Source: Oculina patagonica | Lineage: Eukaryota | Direction of reading: 5' to 3' | Assembly (NCBI RefSeq): GCF_052425735.1 | Contig: NC_135770.1 | Span: forward strand, 19,964,001 to 20,028,000 | DNA: 64,000 nt | In this document: positions 50,401 to 62,359 of the stretch, piece by piece | Numbering within the stretch: position 1 is the first letter of the stretch | How the letters are laid out: each line of letters opens with the position of its first letter | The notes under the pieces: model-generated | Databases searched by the model: none | What the model was told of the DNA's origin: nothing | What the model saw: only the letters and a program-made list of their open reading frames with translations | Translations under genes and position numbers: made by a program

Positions 50401-52715
50401 ATGTGACCTCGAACAAGCCAATAACAGCGCGCCCTGTTGGGAAAAATTCTAAATATTATAACGATAACACTTAATGAAAAGGCTCATATAATTTATAAAT
50501 TAAAAGCTAACCTTTCCCTCGTGATCAACAAACATCTTGCGGACGGACTCTTTCTTCGCGTTTCTGTCGATGGCAGAGGCGACTCGTCTGATAACACAGA
50601 ACCACCAGTCATCTGGTGAGGTTCGTAGTTTCCAGTGGTGGTTGTAGGCTGTCAGAACGGCAGAAAACAATCCGTAATCTCCAAACGAATAAACGTTCTC
50701 CGTTGACCCCAAGGCGGCTATCATTTCATTTGGACGATCGAATCTGCTCTGTTTTATGTTTTCTCTTTCTTGCGCGTACTCGTTGAGCAATTCTTTGGCT
50801 TGGCTTTGTACAAGCCTGCTGTCTTCAAACTTCGAAGGAACGAGTTTTTTGGCGAGCACGACACAATTGATTTTCAATCCATCGGCCGTCGTTCGCTGAC
50901 TGACATAAGGCGGCTTCGTTTCGTTGTTGCCCATCGTGTGAGGAACAAGAAAACAAAACACACCACGGAAGCTACCGGGGACAGATAATGAAGAAAGTCA
51001 GCTTAGTTCGAGGTCTTCCAGAGTCCAGGGTCCAGAGTATTAAAAAGGTTCACTGCTGCTCAAAACGCTTTAAGGACTTTTTAGACGTCCAAACACGGAC
51101 GTCTTATTGTCTTGTTACAGTGTCTAATAATAAATATTACGACATAAATTTTAACCACGTATTAGGTCGGGACGTGACTAGTCGACAGGTTTCTGCGACA
51201 AGCCGCTGTGACAAGGCGCTTGACACACAGCGAATTTTATTTGGAATAGTGGGAATATGAACTAGTTTTCTAATTAACTATGGCAAAAATACATAAGTCT
51301 GCACACGCTACGTCAACCTGCTTTCGCTCATTTTGGCGCTGCTACCAGTCGCACGATCGCGAATTCAAACTGGGTTGAATTCCTGCGACTGATCGCAGCG
51401 ACAAAATTCTAATTCAAGATAGCAGATTATTGTTATGTCATTTAATTTCAAATCGAATAAAAGAAGCGGCCATTGCGAGTATTTTTCAGTTTGCTGGTTC
51501 GTCTTTATTTTCTATGGGAACACTTATACCCACACAAAACTTTACAGGAGAAAGTTGTCATAAACTGATGAAAGACCTGACAGTGTTTTCCGTCGCAGCG
51601 TGATTATACCGAACGTGATTCATTAATTATCTTATGTCGCTATCACGTTTGCTACCCAAAACTTGATTTCCTTAGATATAGTACGGTGATCTGTTTGCTA
51701 TAGTTAAGAACTGAAATGTCTAAAGTCAAAGCCGGCCTTAACATATGTTTTGCTAAAAAACGGTAATACGTGATGCACTTGATGTGAATATTTGGACCTT
51801 TACCTCTAAACTGAAACTACTTCCTGTTAAACGCGGAAGAAATATCTGCGACGATCTGTTCGCTATAGTTAAGTACTGTATTGTCTAAAGTCAAAGCCGG
51901 CCTTAACATATGTTTTGCTAGCGAACAGTAGTACGTGATGCACTTGAAAGTAAATATTTGGGCCCTCTAGCTCTCTGCTGAACTTCTTCCTGTTACACGC
52001 GGAAGTAATAGCTTGAATCTCCTTGGGTGATGAAATATCTTGTTTCGACAGATTAGAGGACCAATAATTTAATTCAGCCAATTAGAATGTTTTATTGCCA
52101 GGCGGCAACTGATTTGCAGATTATTCGTTTCTAATTATCAATGAGTGAGCAATTTCGACATAAGCCTACCGCTATATATAGAAAGCTGGTGTACCTACTA
52201 AAAACTAAAAAGAACTTAAACTCAGTGTATGTGGGCTGTGGTATTACTTGAGGGATACTCTTCTTATAGAAGCTATAATATGGTAGTAATATGGCAAATA
52301 AAGTCACGTTATCGTGTTCGCTACACATAATATTTAGAGACTTCAAGCAACCAGGACAGCAACGCTGAGGACAACTTCGATTAAAACTGAGTTATTTTAC
52401 CTACGAATCTTTCTCGATAATCTAGATCCATTCTGTTTATCTATCATTGTCAGAGCTATTTCAAACCTGGATATTATGTAACACAGCGCTCATGTCGAAA
52501 AAAAACTTTTTTGAATTTCGCTTGAATCAATTCGTGATAATTGAAAGCAGCCTCTTGAGTATCGGCAGAATAGTGAAAGCTTTTGTTGCCTTTATTCTGC
52601 CAACTAGTACAGCCACTATTTTGTCGTATGCCGCTTAATTTACATAAACAAAGCTAGGAATTGTTTAACTGTTTCTTCTGGCACCTCAGATTATGTTGTA
52701 TGTATGAATAATTCC
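47430..52715. repeat. Duplicated intergenic spacer (47430-49215 versus 50935-52715) defining a ~3.5-kb tandem unit
   Basis: Collinear, highly similar non-coding sequence including an internal ~170-bp dimer. Partial copies at ~23250-24480 and ~60860-62350. Confidence 0.9.
49217..50934 (-). CDS. DUF4419-like protein copy 5, two exons, ~385 aa (starts MGNNETK)
   Basis: Exon 1 50512-50934 (...VDHEGK), GT-AG phase-0 intron 49952-50511, exon 2 49217-49951 (KTINVVVPERSIY...). The spliced frame is open. Confidence 0.85.
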
Positions 52716-52718
52716 AGT

Positions 52719-54407
52719 CTACGGAGTTTTCTTGAGAAATGGCGAGTCATTAGACAGCAAAAGAGACCAGCCTTGGAATGGCTGTACAGACACTGAATCT
52801 GAAGTGTCGTCAGTGTGGAGCGTAAAACCCAGCATTCCTGCGACAAGCTTGGCAGTGTCCGTCACACCAGACACGAGGTCTTCAATGGTGAGCGGAACAT
52901 TGACAAGACCAGAAGTCATGTCACGGATTTCCATCAAGTCTTTTTTCCCCTCTAGGAACTCGGTAATCCAGCCCCTGTACCCTGAGGAATCACCTGACGC
53001 GAAACGACGTTTGTAGCTCATAATATGACTCCACCATTCCCTATCTGGTCTCCCCTGGTAAGTAGCCAGTAACTTGCTGAACACTTTCTCCACTAGATTC
53101 CACCACTCTGATGTCAAACCGAGATCATTCTCTATGGGTTCAAGCAGTGTTCGCAGTACCTTCAGTTTGGATTTTAGTTTGCTCCAGTCGTCCTCAGTGC
53201 CTAGCATCTCCACTGCTGGGATTCCGCAGCGAGTCTTCATCTTAAAGTGAAAATACTTTCGAACTGAATACATCAATGTAATCTGGGATACGATTTTCTG
53301 CACTGCAGTTGTGGTACTGAAATCCGCCATCATTCCATCCACGATCGAACTCGGGCACTTTGACGTTCTTTTGTGTTCCCTTCGCTATTTGATGAAAGAA
53401 CCAGCTGTAGTTGACTGTGTAGATACTTTGGCCAGGCACTGCCACGTTGATGGTTTTCTTTCCCTCATGAACAACAAACATCTTGCGAACGGACTCTTTC
53501 TTCGCGTTTTTGTCGATAGCGCAAGCGACTCGTTTGATAACACAAAACCACCAGTCATCTGGGACACCCCTCTGTAACAGACCTGGTGACACCTGATTTT
53601 CCACCAGGTTTTCAACACAAAATCGACCAGGGAAGTCAAAAATCCACCAGGTTGATTACTTACTTTTTGTATGCAATACACTTACACACTTAGCGGGGTA
53701 ATCGTGCACAATTCTGAGCCGCGCGCGCTGTTCAATTCGCTCTGAATCATTCACAAGCTCGTATTACATACAGAAAAGGAAACATATCTGTTTTGTCTCT
53801 TTAGTGACCTGCATGACAGCAGAACAAGCGACAAAAACAATAGAACAAAGTTAACAATTACTTTTTGCTATATTTACATCAAGTTATAGTCAATTATTAA
53901 ATCATGTATATTTTTGCCGCGCGTCGTTTTCTTCTGTTTATAGAGATTTTGGTTGATATTTTCCTGCCCAGGTAAACAAAATTCCTCACCGGGGAGAAAT
54001 AAAATTGACCAGGGATTTTTCAGATAATCACCAGGGAACAGGGAGGACAAATTTCCACCAGGGAGGGCAAAATAACCCACCAGGTCGAGTTTCACCAGGT
54101 CTGTTACAGAGGGGTGTTCTGGGGAAGTTCGTAGTTTCCAGTGGTAGTTGTAGGCTGTCACAACTGCAGAAAACAATCCGCAATTTCCAAGCGAATAGAT
54201 GTTCTCCGTTGATTCCAAGGCGGCAGTCATTTCTGTAGGGAAATAGAACTCGGCTTTGAGCAACTCCTTCGCTTTGCTTTGTACAAGCTCACTATCTTCA
54301 AATTTAGAAGGAAGGAGGCTATTCGCAAGCACGACAGAATTAATTTTCAATCCATTGGCCTTCGTTCGCTGGCTGATTGGACTTGACTTGGTTTCGATAG
54401 CTTCCAT
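52719..54407 (-). pseudogene. DUF4419-like copy 6 (MITE insertion plus 4-bp frameshift)
   Basis: MITE at RTSP^DDWW; a 4-bp insertion near 53343 shifts the frame after VPEF. Confidence 0.88.
53564..54117. mobile_element. Young MITE in copy 6
   Basis: Perfect 26-bp TIR acacccctctgtaacagacctggtga; 6-bp TSD tctggg. Confidence 0.92.
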
Positions 54408-55408
54408 CGTGTAAGGAGTAAGAAAACCAAACACACCACAAGAGCTTCCGGGTGTAGATAATGTAGAGTGAGGGAATATTCACGAAAGGCGGTTATTTGA
54501 GCCCTTGCTACTAAACAACTTCCTGTTTGCACGTGCTGATACATCAGTCATGCTCTGACAGCTTAAAGTGGCCCACAATGAGCTCTCTTGTAATCTGGAT
54601 TACCGGCTTACAATAATTAAATATTTCGTTGAAAGATTTTCGTACAAACTACATGTACATGCACTGGTCCGTAAAAAATATCGTGGGTATAAATGCTTAT
54701 AATCATTTGTAATGTTTCTTCAGAATGGTTTCCTTTTCAACTGAATGCGTTTAATTCGCAATTATGTTTGGTCTGTTTGGCTTCTTTTCATTAATAAATT
54801 CGTTACTAAAACACTTTTAGTATCCGGGGATCATTCAATTATCTGGATTTTAACAAACGGGAAACGAAAGGCGAACGACTTTAAGTAGGTTTATCTATGA
54901 CATCTATACGGGTAACATACAAATAATGTTTTTAATAGTTTCTTTATATCTTTTTTTTAGTTTTGGCTTTATCTCTGTAATAGCTGGCTTAATAGGTTTT
55001 TTAAACTGTTCTTCCGTTTCCATCCTATTTTATTATCCATGTCATTCGGCATAAAACGGCATGAAAACAAATTTAGACATTTTACCATAATTTCCGTCGT
55101 GGTTTGATTGCAGAACAAACACCACATGTTAACAACAAGAATTTTTCCTAAGAAATTTTCCACACTCAGTAAAGATACAACTGAGAAAACGTGTTTAACT
55201 GCTATAACAAAGAAACCGAACCCTCCCACAATTGCTTTGGCAAGTTCAGAATGAGATGACCGGCTCATGCTCCTTAGAGGTATCCGCTTACTACCATGCC
55301 GATGAATGCTTTGCAAGTTGTGAGAAGACCTATTATATAAAGCAGCGATAATTCGAATCAAAGTCTCTTCGAGATATCGACGTTTTTGCATGAAGTATGA
55401 GTCGAAGG

Positions 55409-55846
55409 CCCAGGGGGGGGGGGGGGGGGGTACTCCGGCCTGTAAATGACGGGGATGATCGAATGGAGGCAAAACTCATGACCCAAAAAAATCCCTTAGT
55501 CTTCCGACATTACCCCAAAAAATCCCTGGACCAAAAATAACCCCCACAAAAATCCCTTGTCAAATTACACCTAAATTGCCAGGAGGGGCAATAATATAAC
55601 ACAAAGAAAATCATAAAAAATTGAACGCTGTTGTGTGTTTATTCATCATACCATAAATACGCCAAGGCCCCGTCAAGGCACTTTAGTTCGTTTTTAATAC
55701 CCAAAAAATCCCCTATTTTAATCAAGTCACCCAAAAAATACTTGCCAAATTCTCCAACCCAAAAAAATCCCCGAATCGAAAATTTCAAACCCAAAAAAAT
55801 CCTTCGATCATTCCCGTCACTTACAAGCCAGAGTACCCCCCCTGGG
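55409..55846. mobile_element. MITE with CCCAGGG termini and 8-bp TSD
   Basis: TSD gtcgaagg; same family as 37570-37972. Confidence 0.88.
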
Positions 55847-56797
55847 GTCGAAGGTTTATCCTGTGCATTGTTCTTCGAACTTAACATTACAGTTTCTTTG
55901 TAGTTTAGTTTAACAATTTCCTATCTTCGCGGAGGAAATGCAGCCATATAATTTTGTCAAAAATGGCTCGTCCGCGCCGGGTATTTATACACATATTCCT
56001 TAACATTACACAAATAAACAGTGCAAATTTCACCGAGATCTGACAATTCTATACTTTAAAATTGCAAGGACCTTTCGAGGCAGTCGATTACGGCAGCGAA
56101 ATTAGCAAATGAAACAGCAAAATATGCGTTCGACGCTTTGTTTTTGCGACGCCATATTTGAATTGTTATAGCCGGGTAGACCGCTGTTCAATGTGTTGAA
56201 GGTCGTATCGTTACGATTGCTCCACGAAAAAGCACGAAAAAAAATACGGATATTTCCGACTACTGTCGGAGAAAACATTGCGCATATAATTGGGTCGTAA
56301 ACAAATCGTTATACTCAAGCTGCGTTTTGTCAAGGCTCTGCGAGGGTTGGATATCAAGATCCAGGATTAAACAAAAGCCATATATACAGTGAATGCTTTC
56401 GAATTATATTTGAAGATGAAATACGAAAGAATTTTGCTGTCTTTGACTGAAATTCCACTCGAACTGCGTAGATACGATCGCATGTTGTAAAGCCGATTCA
56501 TGCAACATTGCTGTCATTCCCTGTCAACGCGAGGTCACGTCCCTAACGACCTAGGCTGATGACGAAATAGAGTTGCGCTTACATGTAGCGACCAAATTTG
56601 GCCTAATTTTTAACCGCTCCTAAGCTAAAAGAAGCCCCCATCTCTTGCATTTGTTTTAACTTCAATAATATCTTTGAAAAGAGCGAGTTTTTTGGTATGG
56701 TTTATTTTTGACGTTTGTAATTTTTAAACGATGTAAGTGCTAGTGATTATTTATTCGTGTTTTAGTTACGCAATCCATTGTTTGTGCGACGCTTTGG

Positions 56798-56925
56798 GAA
56801 ACGATACTCGATTTAGAAACGAGCCTCGATTTAAGAAACGAGACTCGATTTAGAAACGAGCCTCGATTTAAGAAACGAGACTCGATTTTGGAAACGAGAC
56901 TCGATTAAGAAACGAAACTCGAATT
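56798..56925 (+). repeat. ~18-20-bp minisatellite (gaaacgagactcgattta)
   Basis: About 7 head-to-tail units with no unique spacers. Confidence 0.85.
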
Positions 56926-57839
56926 GAACTCCATCAATAACGAGTGGTAAAAAGCAAATCGTTAAACGAGTGATATTTTATCGAGTGTGTCTTAAAACGA
57001 GTGCTTTGTGATAGGTTTCCCAGAAACGGCGAGTGATCCACGCTTTTTATAGATCGCCTTTCAGACACACGTGCGTTGAGATAAGAAAGCTGACATGTCA
57101 CTTTTAAAATTGTTATATAACGTTTGTAAATGTGACAAGTCACGTTTTTTTCACGAGATCGCAAGTGATCACCCACAGCGGAAAGTAATCCCTTGAGAAA
57201 TAAAAACAGTCCCTTGATAAATTAAAAAAGTCCCTTGAGAGTTTACAAATATGTGGTTCCAAATTTTGTCCACTAACCCCTATTCTACGTTTTTAGCTTG
57301 TAAACAAGCAAAAACGTCGAAAAAAGGAACTTATCCTTTTAACAATTTGTCGTAATTGAACGGCAGTGTCTTGAAGATCGACAGAATTCAATGCTTTTGT
57401 TGTCTTTATTTTGCCAACTAGTACAGTCACTATTCTGCTGTATGTGCTTAATCTGTAAGTTCCATTTCGTATTCGCTACATGAAATAGAATATGTAGGCG
57501 CCTTTCTTCTCGCCATGTGAGCGAACGGATTTCTAAGTTTGTACCGCGATCGTCGGAATGTAAGCACAATAACTTGTAAGTATAGCTTTCGCTTGGTTGT
57601 TTTGCTTGTATTTCTATATTGTACGCAAGGTTTGTAAGCTAGCGTATCGTTTTCTTGTTGCAGCGAATCTTTCAGTCCTTTCAGTCATTTCAGACGTTGA
57701 GATTTATTTATTTAAGGATTCGTACAAGTACAGGTGCTTAACAATAGGACAGAAGTCCCCTACTTGGTTAAAACACCCACACCCAGCCCCCTAAAAAATA
57801 TCCCGATAAACCCTTCCCTGACGCGACTAAACTACAAAT

Positions 57840-58150
57840 CAAATAAATCTAAATAACACAAATACAATCTGAAATATGCTAATCAACTTTTAAAACAAGT
57901 ACAGACAGAGAAAATATTAACACGGCGACACTTAGGACAAATTAATTTAAAAGAACGAAAATTGTCACCATCAAAAACATTTAAAAGTCTAGTAAAAGAA
58001 ATTTGACTTAAGTTTACTTTTAAAAGAGCTTATAGTGTCGGAATCTTTGATATTTTAAGGTAATCTGTTCCATATCAAAGTTATTCTGTTGAAGTAAAAG
58101 TCTCGGAAGGAAGACGTACGACTAACGTTTGTCTTACGTCTCAATTTGAT
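57840..58150 (-). mobile_element. CR1/L2-type LINE 3' fragment
   Basis: Minus translation SRTSSFRDFYFNRITLIWNRLP*NIKDSDTISSFKSKLK resembles the CR1-group ORF2 C-terminus. Confidence 0.65.
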
Positions 58151-58307
58151 ATTAAATGTGTGTTAACCTGAATGAATACGAGTTATTGGCCTGGCCCAGC
58201 GTAGTTGGCCGCTACATAATCTACATAACCAATAAATAAAGCTAGAAATCGTCCAACTGTTTCTTTTGGCACTTCAGATTACGTTGTTTGAATGAATAAG
58301 GCATAGT

Positions 58308-60120
58308 TCATATAAGACTTTTAAGCTTACTTACAGGGTCTTTAATGGTGAGTGGGACAGTGACAAGACCAGCTGTCATGTCACGGATTTCCGTGGGGCC
58401 TTTTTCTCCCTCCAGGAACTCAGTAATCCAGCCCCTGTACCCTGAGGTTCCACATGACGCAAAAGGACGTTTGTAGCTCTTAATATGACTCCACCATTCT
58501 CTATCTGGTCTCCCCTGGTAAGTAGCCAGTAACTTGCTGAACACTTTTTCCACTAGATTCCACCACTCCGATTCCAAACCACGATCGTTCTCCAGTGCTC
58601 CAGTCCTCTTCAGTGCCTAGCATCTCCACTGCAGGGATTCTGCAGCGAGTTGTCATCTTAAAGTCGAAATACTCTTGAACTGAATACATCAATGTGATCT
58701 GCGAAACGATTTTCTCCGCTGCAGTTGTGGTGCTGAAATCCGCCGTTATTCCATTCATGAACTCAGGTACTTTGACGTTCTCTTGTATTCCCTTCGCTAT
58801 TTGATCAAAGAACCAGCTGTAGTCGACGGTATAGATGCTTTTGTCATTTTGTCTTTTTGTCTGAATCTCGAATGCCTCATGTTTGCCTCATGTTGTTAAT
58901 TTAATAAACAGACAACAGTCGCAATAACAGCGATTTTTCGGCTTCTCGGTCTCATTTTGATCTCAATTTCGTCGCTAAAATGGATCGTGACTACCTCGCG
59001 AAATTTAAGACGATACGATATGTCATCATTAGCGATAATTTTTATCGCTTATGATGACGGTTTTGCATGGAAAGAATTCTTCTTCAGGTATATGTCTGAA
59101 CGCTTATTAAATAAGCGGACTTAGGATGACTTGGTTTGACTTAGGCTAAGACAGACTTAGTGTGTAGTGTGAACCCAACATATAATAGAGCAGCTCAAAA
59201 CAGGAAGTTAAAAATTTCTTTTTCCACCAAGAACGATCAGAATGCGAAAAATGTGCCAATCACAACAACAACATCAACAACAACCATTTTATTTTGCCAA
59301 ATTAAATAGATAATTAATTACAGCATAACATAAATTAACTAAAATAGGCAAAAAACCAACCCAGAATAGAAACAAACTAAACGAGCTGAGTAGTTACAAA
59401 ATAAATTTAATTGCTTTGACAAGGTTGTACATAAAAGAAGACAAAAGTAAAATAAGACAAGTAATAAGTAATTAAGTACCATGCAACAACGGCGTTTTAG
59501 CGAAATTTTGGGTTAAAAAAGAAATAATCAAGCTACATGGTTAATTATTAACAGTTAATTAACTGACAACTGACAAATGGCCAAAATTTTAACTGACAAC
59601 TGACATTTGTACTCCCCCATCCAGACCCTCTCGATTGTTTTCCTTCCCTCATGATGAACAGACATCTTGCGAACGGCCTTTTTCTTCCTGTTTTTATTGA
59701 TGGCGCCGGTGACTTGATTGATAACACAGAAACACCAGTCATCTGGCGAGGTCCGTAGTTTCCAGTGGTTGTTGTAGGCTGTCAGGACGGCGGACAACAA
59801 TCTGCAATCTGTAGGTGAATAAATAGTCTCCGTTGATCACAGGGCGGCAATGATTTTTTTGGAGTGTCACTTCTCCGTTTTACTCCGCCGCAACAACAAG
59901 CGAAAATTCGTCTACGTTGACTGGCTCTGTCAGACGCCAAACTGTACCAAAATTTCATGAGTTACTCTTTCGCTTGGTTAGCACGAAGCAATGCAAAGGA
60001 TTTGCTATCTTCGAGCTTAGAAGGAACGAGGTCATCGGCGAGTGAAACAGAATTGACTTTTAACCCATCGGCTGTGATAAGCTGACTCATAGCAGGCAAC
60101 ATGGTTGTATTCATGGCCAT
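58308..60120 (-). pseudogene. DUF4419-like copy 7, heavily degraded
   Basis: Insertion at ~58846-59630 after KTIE, an internal deletion near 58590, C-terminal truncation after KDPVS, and frameshifts in the 5' part. Confidence 0.85.
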
Positions 60121-60156
60121 TGTACAAGGAGTAAAATCAATAAACAGTACTAATTA

Positions 60157-60821
60157 TACCTAATCGTACCTTTTTGGTACGCTTTGGCGGCATATCAGGC
60201 GAATTTGGTCGAGCCATGGTTCGTATTTTGGCGAGACGCAGTACCCATGGCGAGACCAGACGAGCCAGATATGCCGCCGAAGCGTACCAAAAAGGTTCGA
60301 TTAGGTATTTACCGGCCCGAATTGGACAAAAAATCCAGTGAAATTTTAGTAGTTAAGTTGATGAAATCTGTCACGCGTCTCCCCGTGTGGCCCGCGAGAA
60401 GCATTTTTGTGTCTTTGACACTTTTATCAAGTTCCTCTTTTGAATTTTTTTTTGACTCGTTATTCTCTACATTTTCATAATCAAAATTTAACGAGAACAT
60501 TACGAACTTCGACTTTAGTCTGTATGTTTCAGTACTCTTCGGCAAACATCGCGCAACTGGGGAGCGCGCACAAGTTTAGCCGGGTTTGGCGGGAAAGTTT
60601 TTATTCCTTTTACGACCGCGGTAAACAACAGCTAAACTTAATGCCTCTTTTACCAATAAACTTATTGGTAAAACCTCTTTTCTTTTCATCGCACAGTAAC
60701 ACTACTTAACTTGAAAGTGGGCATGGTATCGTGGCATATCAGGTCAGTGACTTGATATCGTAGGATATCAGGACAGTAGATCGCGCTTCTGATTGGCTAC
60801 TTGCGAATTTGGGTACGGTAA
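60157..60821. mobile_element. Double-hairpin element inserted in the copy 7 leader
   Basis: Hairpin tacctaatcg...cgattaggta (60157-60308), then an imperfect pair ttaccg...aatt / aatt...cggtaa with ctgattggct. The paralogous leader motif gctaccggagacaga resumes at ~60848. Confidence 0.7.
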
Positions 60822-60972
60822 GGTAGAAAATCAAGCCTACCACGATAGCTACCGGAGACAGACAGTCACGCTATAACGTTTGCTACACAGAACGTGATAT
60901 TCTTTGGTGTAGTTCGACGATCTGTCAGCTAGACTCTGGTACTGTACTGTCGAAGTCAAAGCCGGCCTTATA

Positions 60973-61230
60973 GGGGAGCAAGGATGGCTCAGTGGTGAGA
61001 GCGCTCGCCTCCCACCAATGTGGCCCGGGTTTGATTCCCTGACTCGGCGTCATATGTGGGTTAAGTTTGTTTTGCTCCGAGGGCTTTTCACCGGGTTCTC
61101 CGGTTTTCCTCCATCCACAAAAACTAACACTTCCAAATTCCAATTCGATCGGAAATACACGGCCCCGCAACCTTATAGCTCTAATATATTACCTATACGT
61201 GAATAGATATACGTGTCTAAATAAAGGTAA
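60973..61230 (+). mobile_element. tRNA-derived SINE (family B)
   Basis: Closely matches 3362-3610 and is absent from the paralogous spacers. Confidence 0.82.
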
Positions 61231-61602
61231 TTTAACAGTAGTACATGATGCATATATGCATGTGCAAATTCTTCTAAACAACTTCCTGTTACACGCACTA
61301 AAAATATCTGGAAACACCTTGCGTGATTAATATAATTAATCACGTTGTTTTGATAGCTTAGAGGACCAATATCTAAACTCAGCCAATCAGAATGTTTTTT
61401 GCCGGTCCACTATTTCGAAGTATTTAAGCATAGACGGCAACTCATTTGCAGATTATTCGTTTCTTAATATCAATGAGTCAGCAATTTCGACATAAGCCTA
61501 CCGCTATAAAAAGCTGGTGTACCTACTAAAAATACTAAAAACTAAAACGGACTTAAACTCAGTATTTGTGAGCTGTGGTATTGCTTAAGGGATACTCCCC
61601 AT

Positions 61603-62023
61603 CCCGGGAAGGGGGGGGGGGTACTCAAAAAAGTTTTATACGGGGAGGCTCCGCCCCGAGTTCTAACCCCTTACCCTTTTATATACCATTTTGACAGAAA
61701 TTGTACCCCTTTCGTATACCTTTAACTGAAAAAAGGTACCCTTTTCATATACCTAAAAGACGTGGCGTGGACTTAAAACAGGACGTTTTCTTGTCATTTT
61801 TATGTAGCGCTTAATAAATTTAAATAATACAGCCATAAATTGCGTCTGTTCGAAATATTTTAATTAAAGGCACTTTTTAATACCTAAGTGACAGATTTCC
61901 ATACCCTTTCATATGCCTAAACTCGTGAAATCCCTACCCTTTTATATACCTGAAGCCTTGAAAAAGTACCCCTTTCGGGCGGAGCCTCCCCGTATAGGCC
62001 ATTATAGGGAGTACCCCCCCGGG
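61603..62023. mobile_element. MITE with CCCGGG termini and 8-bp TSD
   Basis: TSD ctccccat; empty site gatactccccatgtagaagct at ~48752. Confidence 0.92.
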
Positions 62024-62359
62024 CTCCCCATGTAGAAGCTATAGTTTTGTAGCAATATGGCAAATAAAGTCTCCGAAAGTCACGATATCGTGTTCGCTAC
62101 ACATAATATTTAGGGACTTCAAGCGACCATGACAGCGACGCTGAGGACAGCGTCGATTAAAATATGAATTATTTTACCTACGAATCTTGCGCGATAATCT
62201 GAAATCACTCTGTGTGTCTATCATTGTCAGAGCTATTTCAAAACTGGATATTATGTTAGACAGCGTTCATGTCTGACCTTTTCGAATTTGGCGTTAACCA
62301 TTTTCTTATAATTGAACGGCAGCCTCCTGAGAATCGGCAGAACTGAGAGCTTTCTATTG

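Noticed and set aside
54969-55472. 167-aa ORF and the many other 60-140 aa ORFs
   Set aside because: They begin inside MITEs, lie antisense to real genes, or translate repeats, and show no recognisable motifs.
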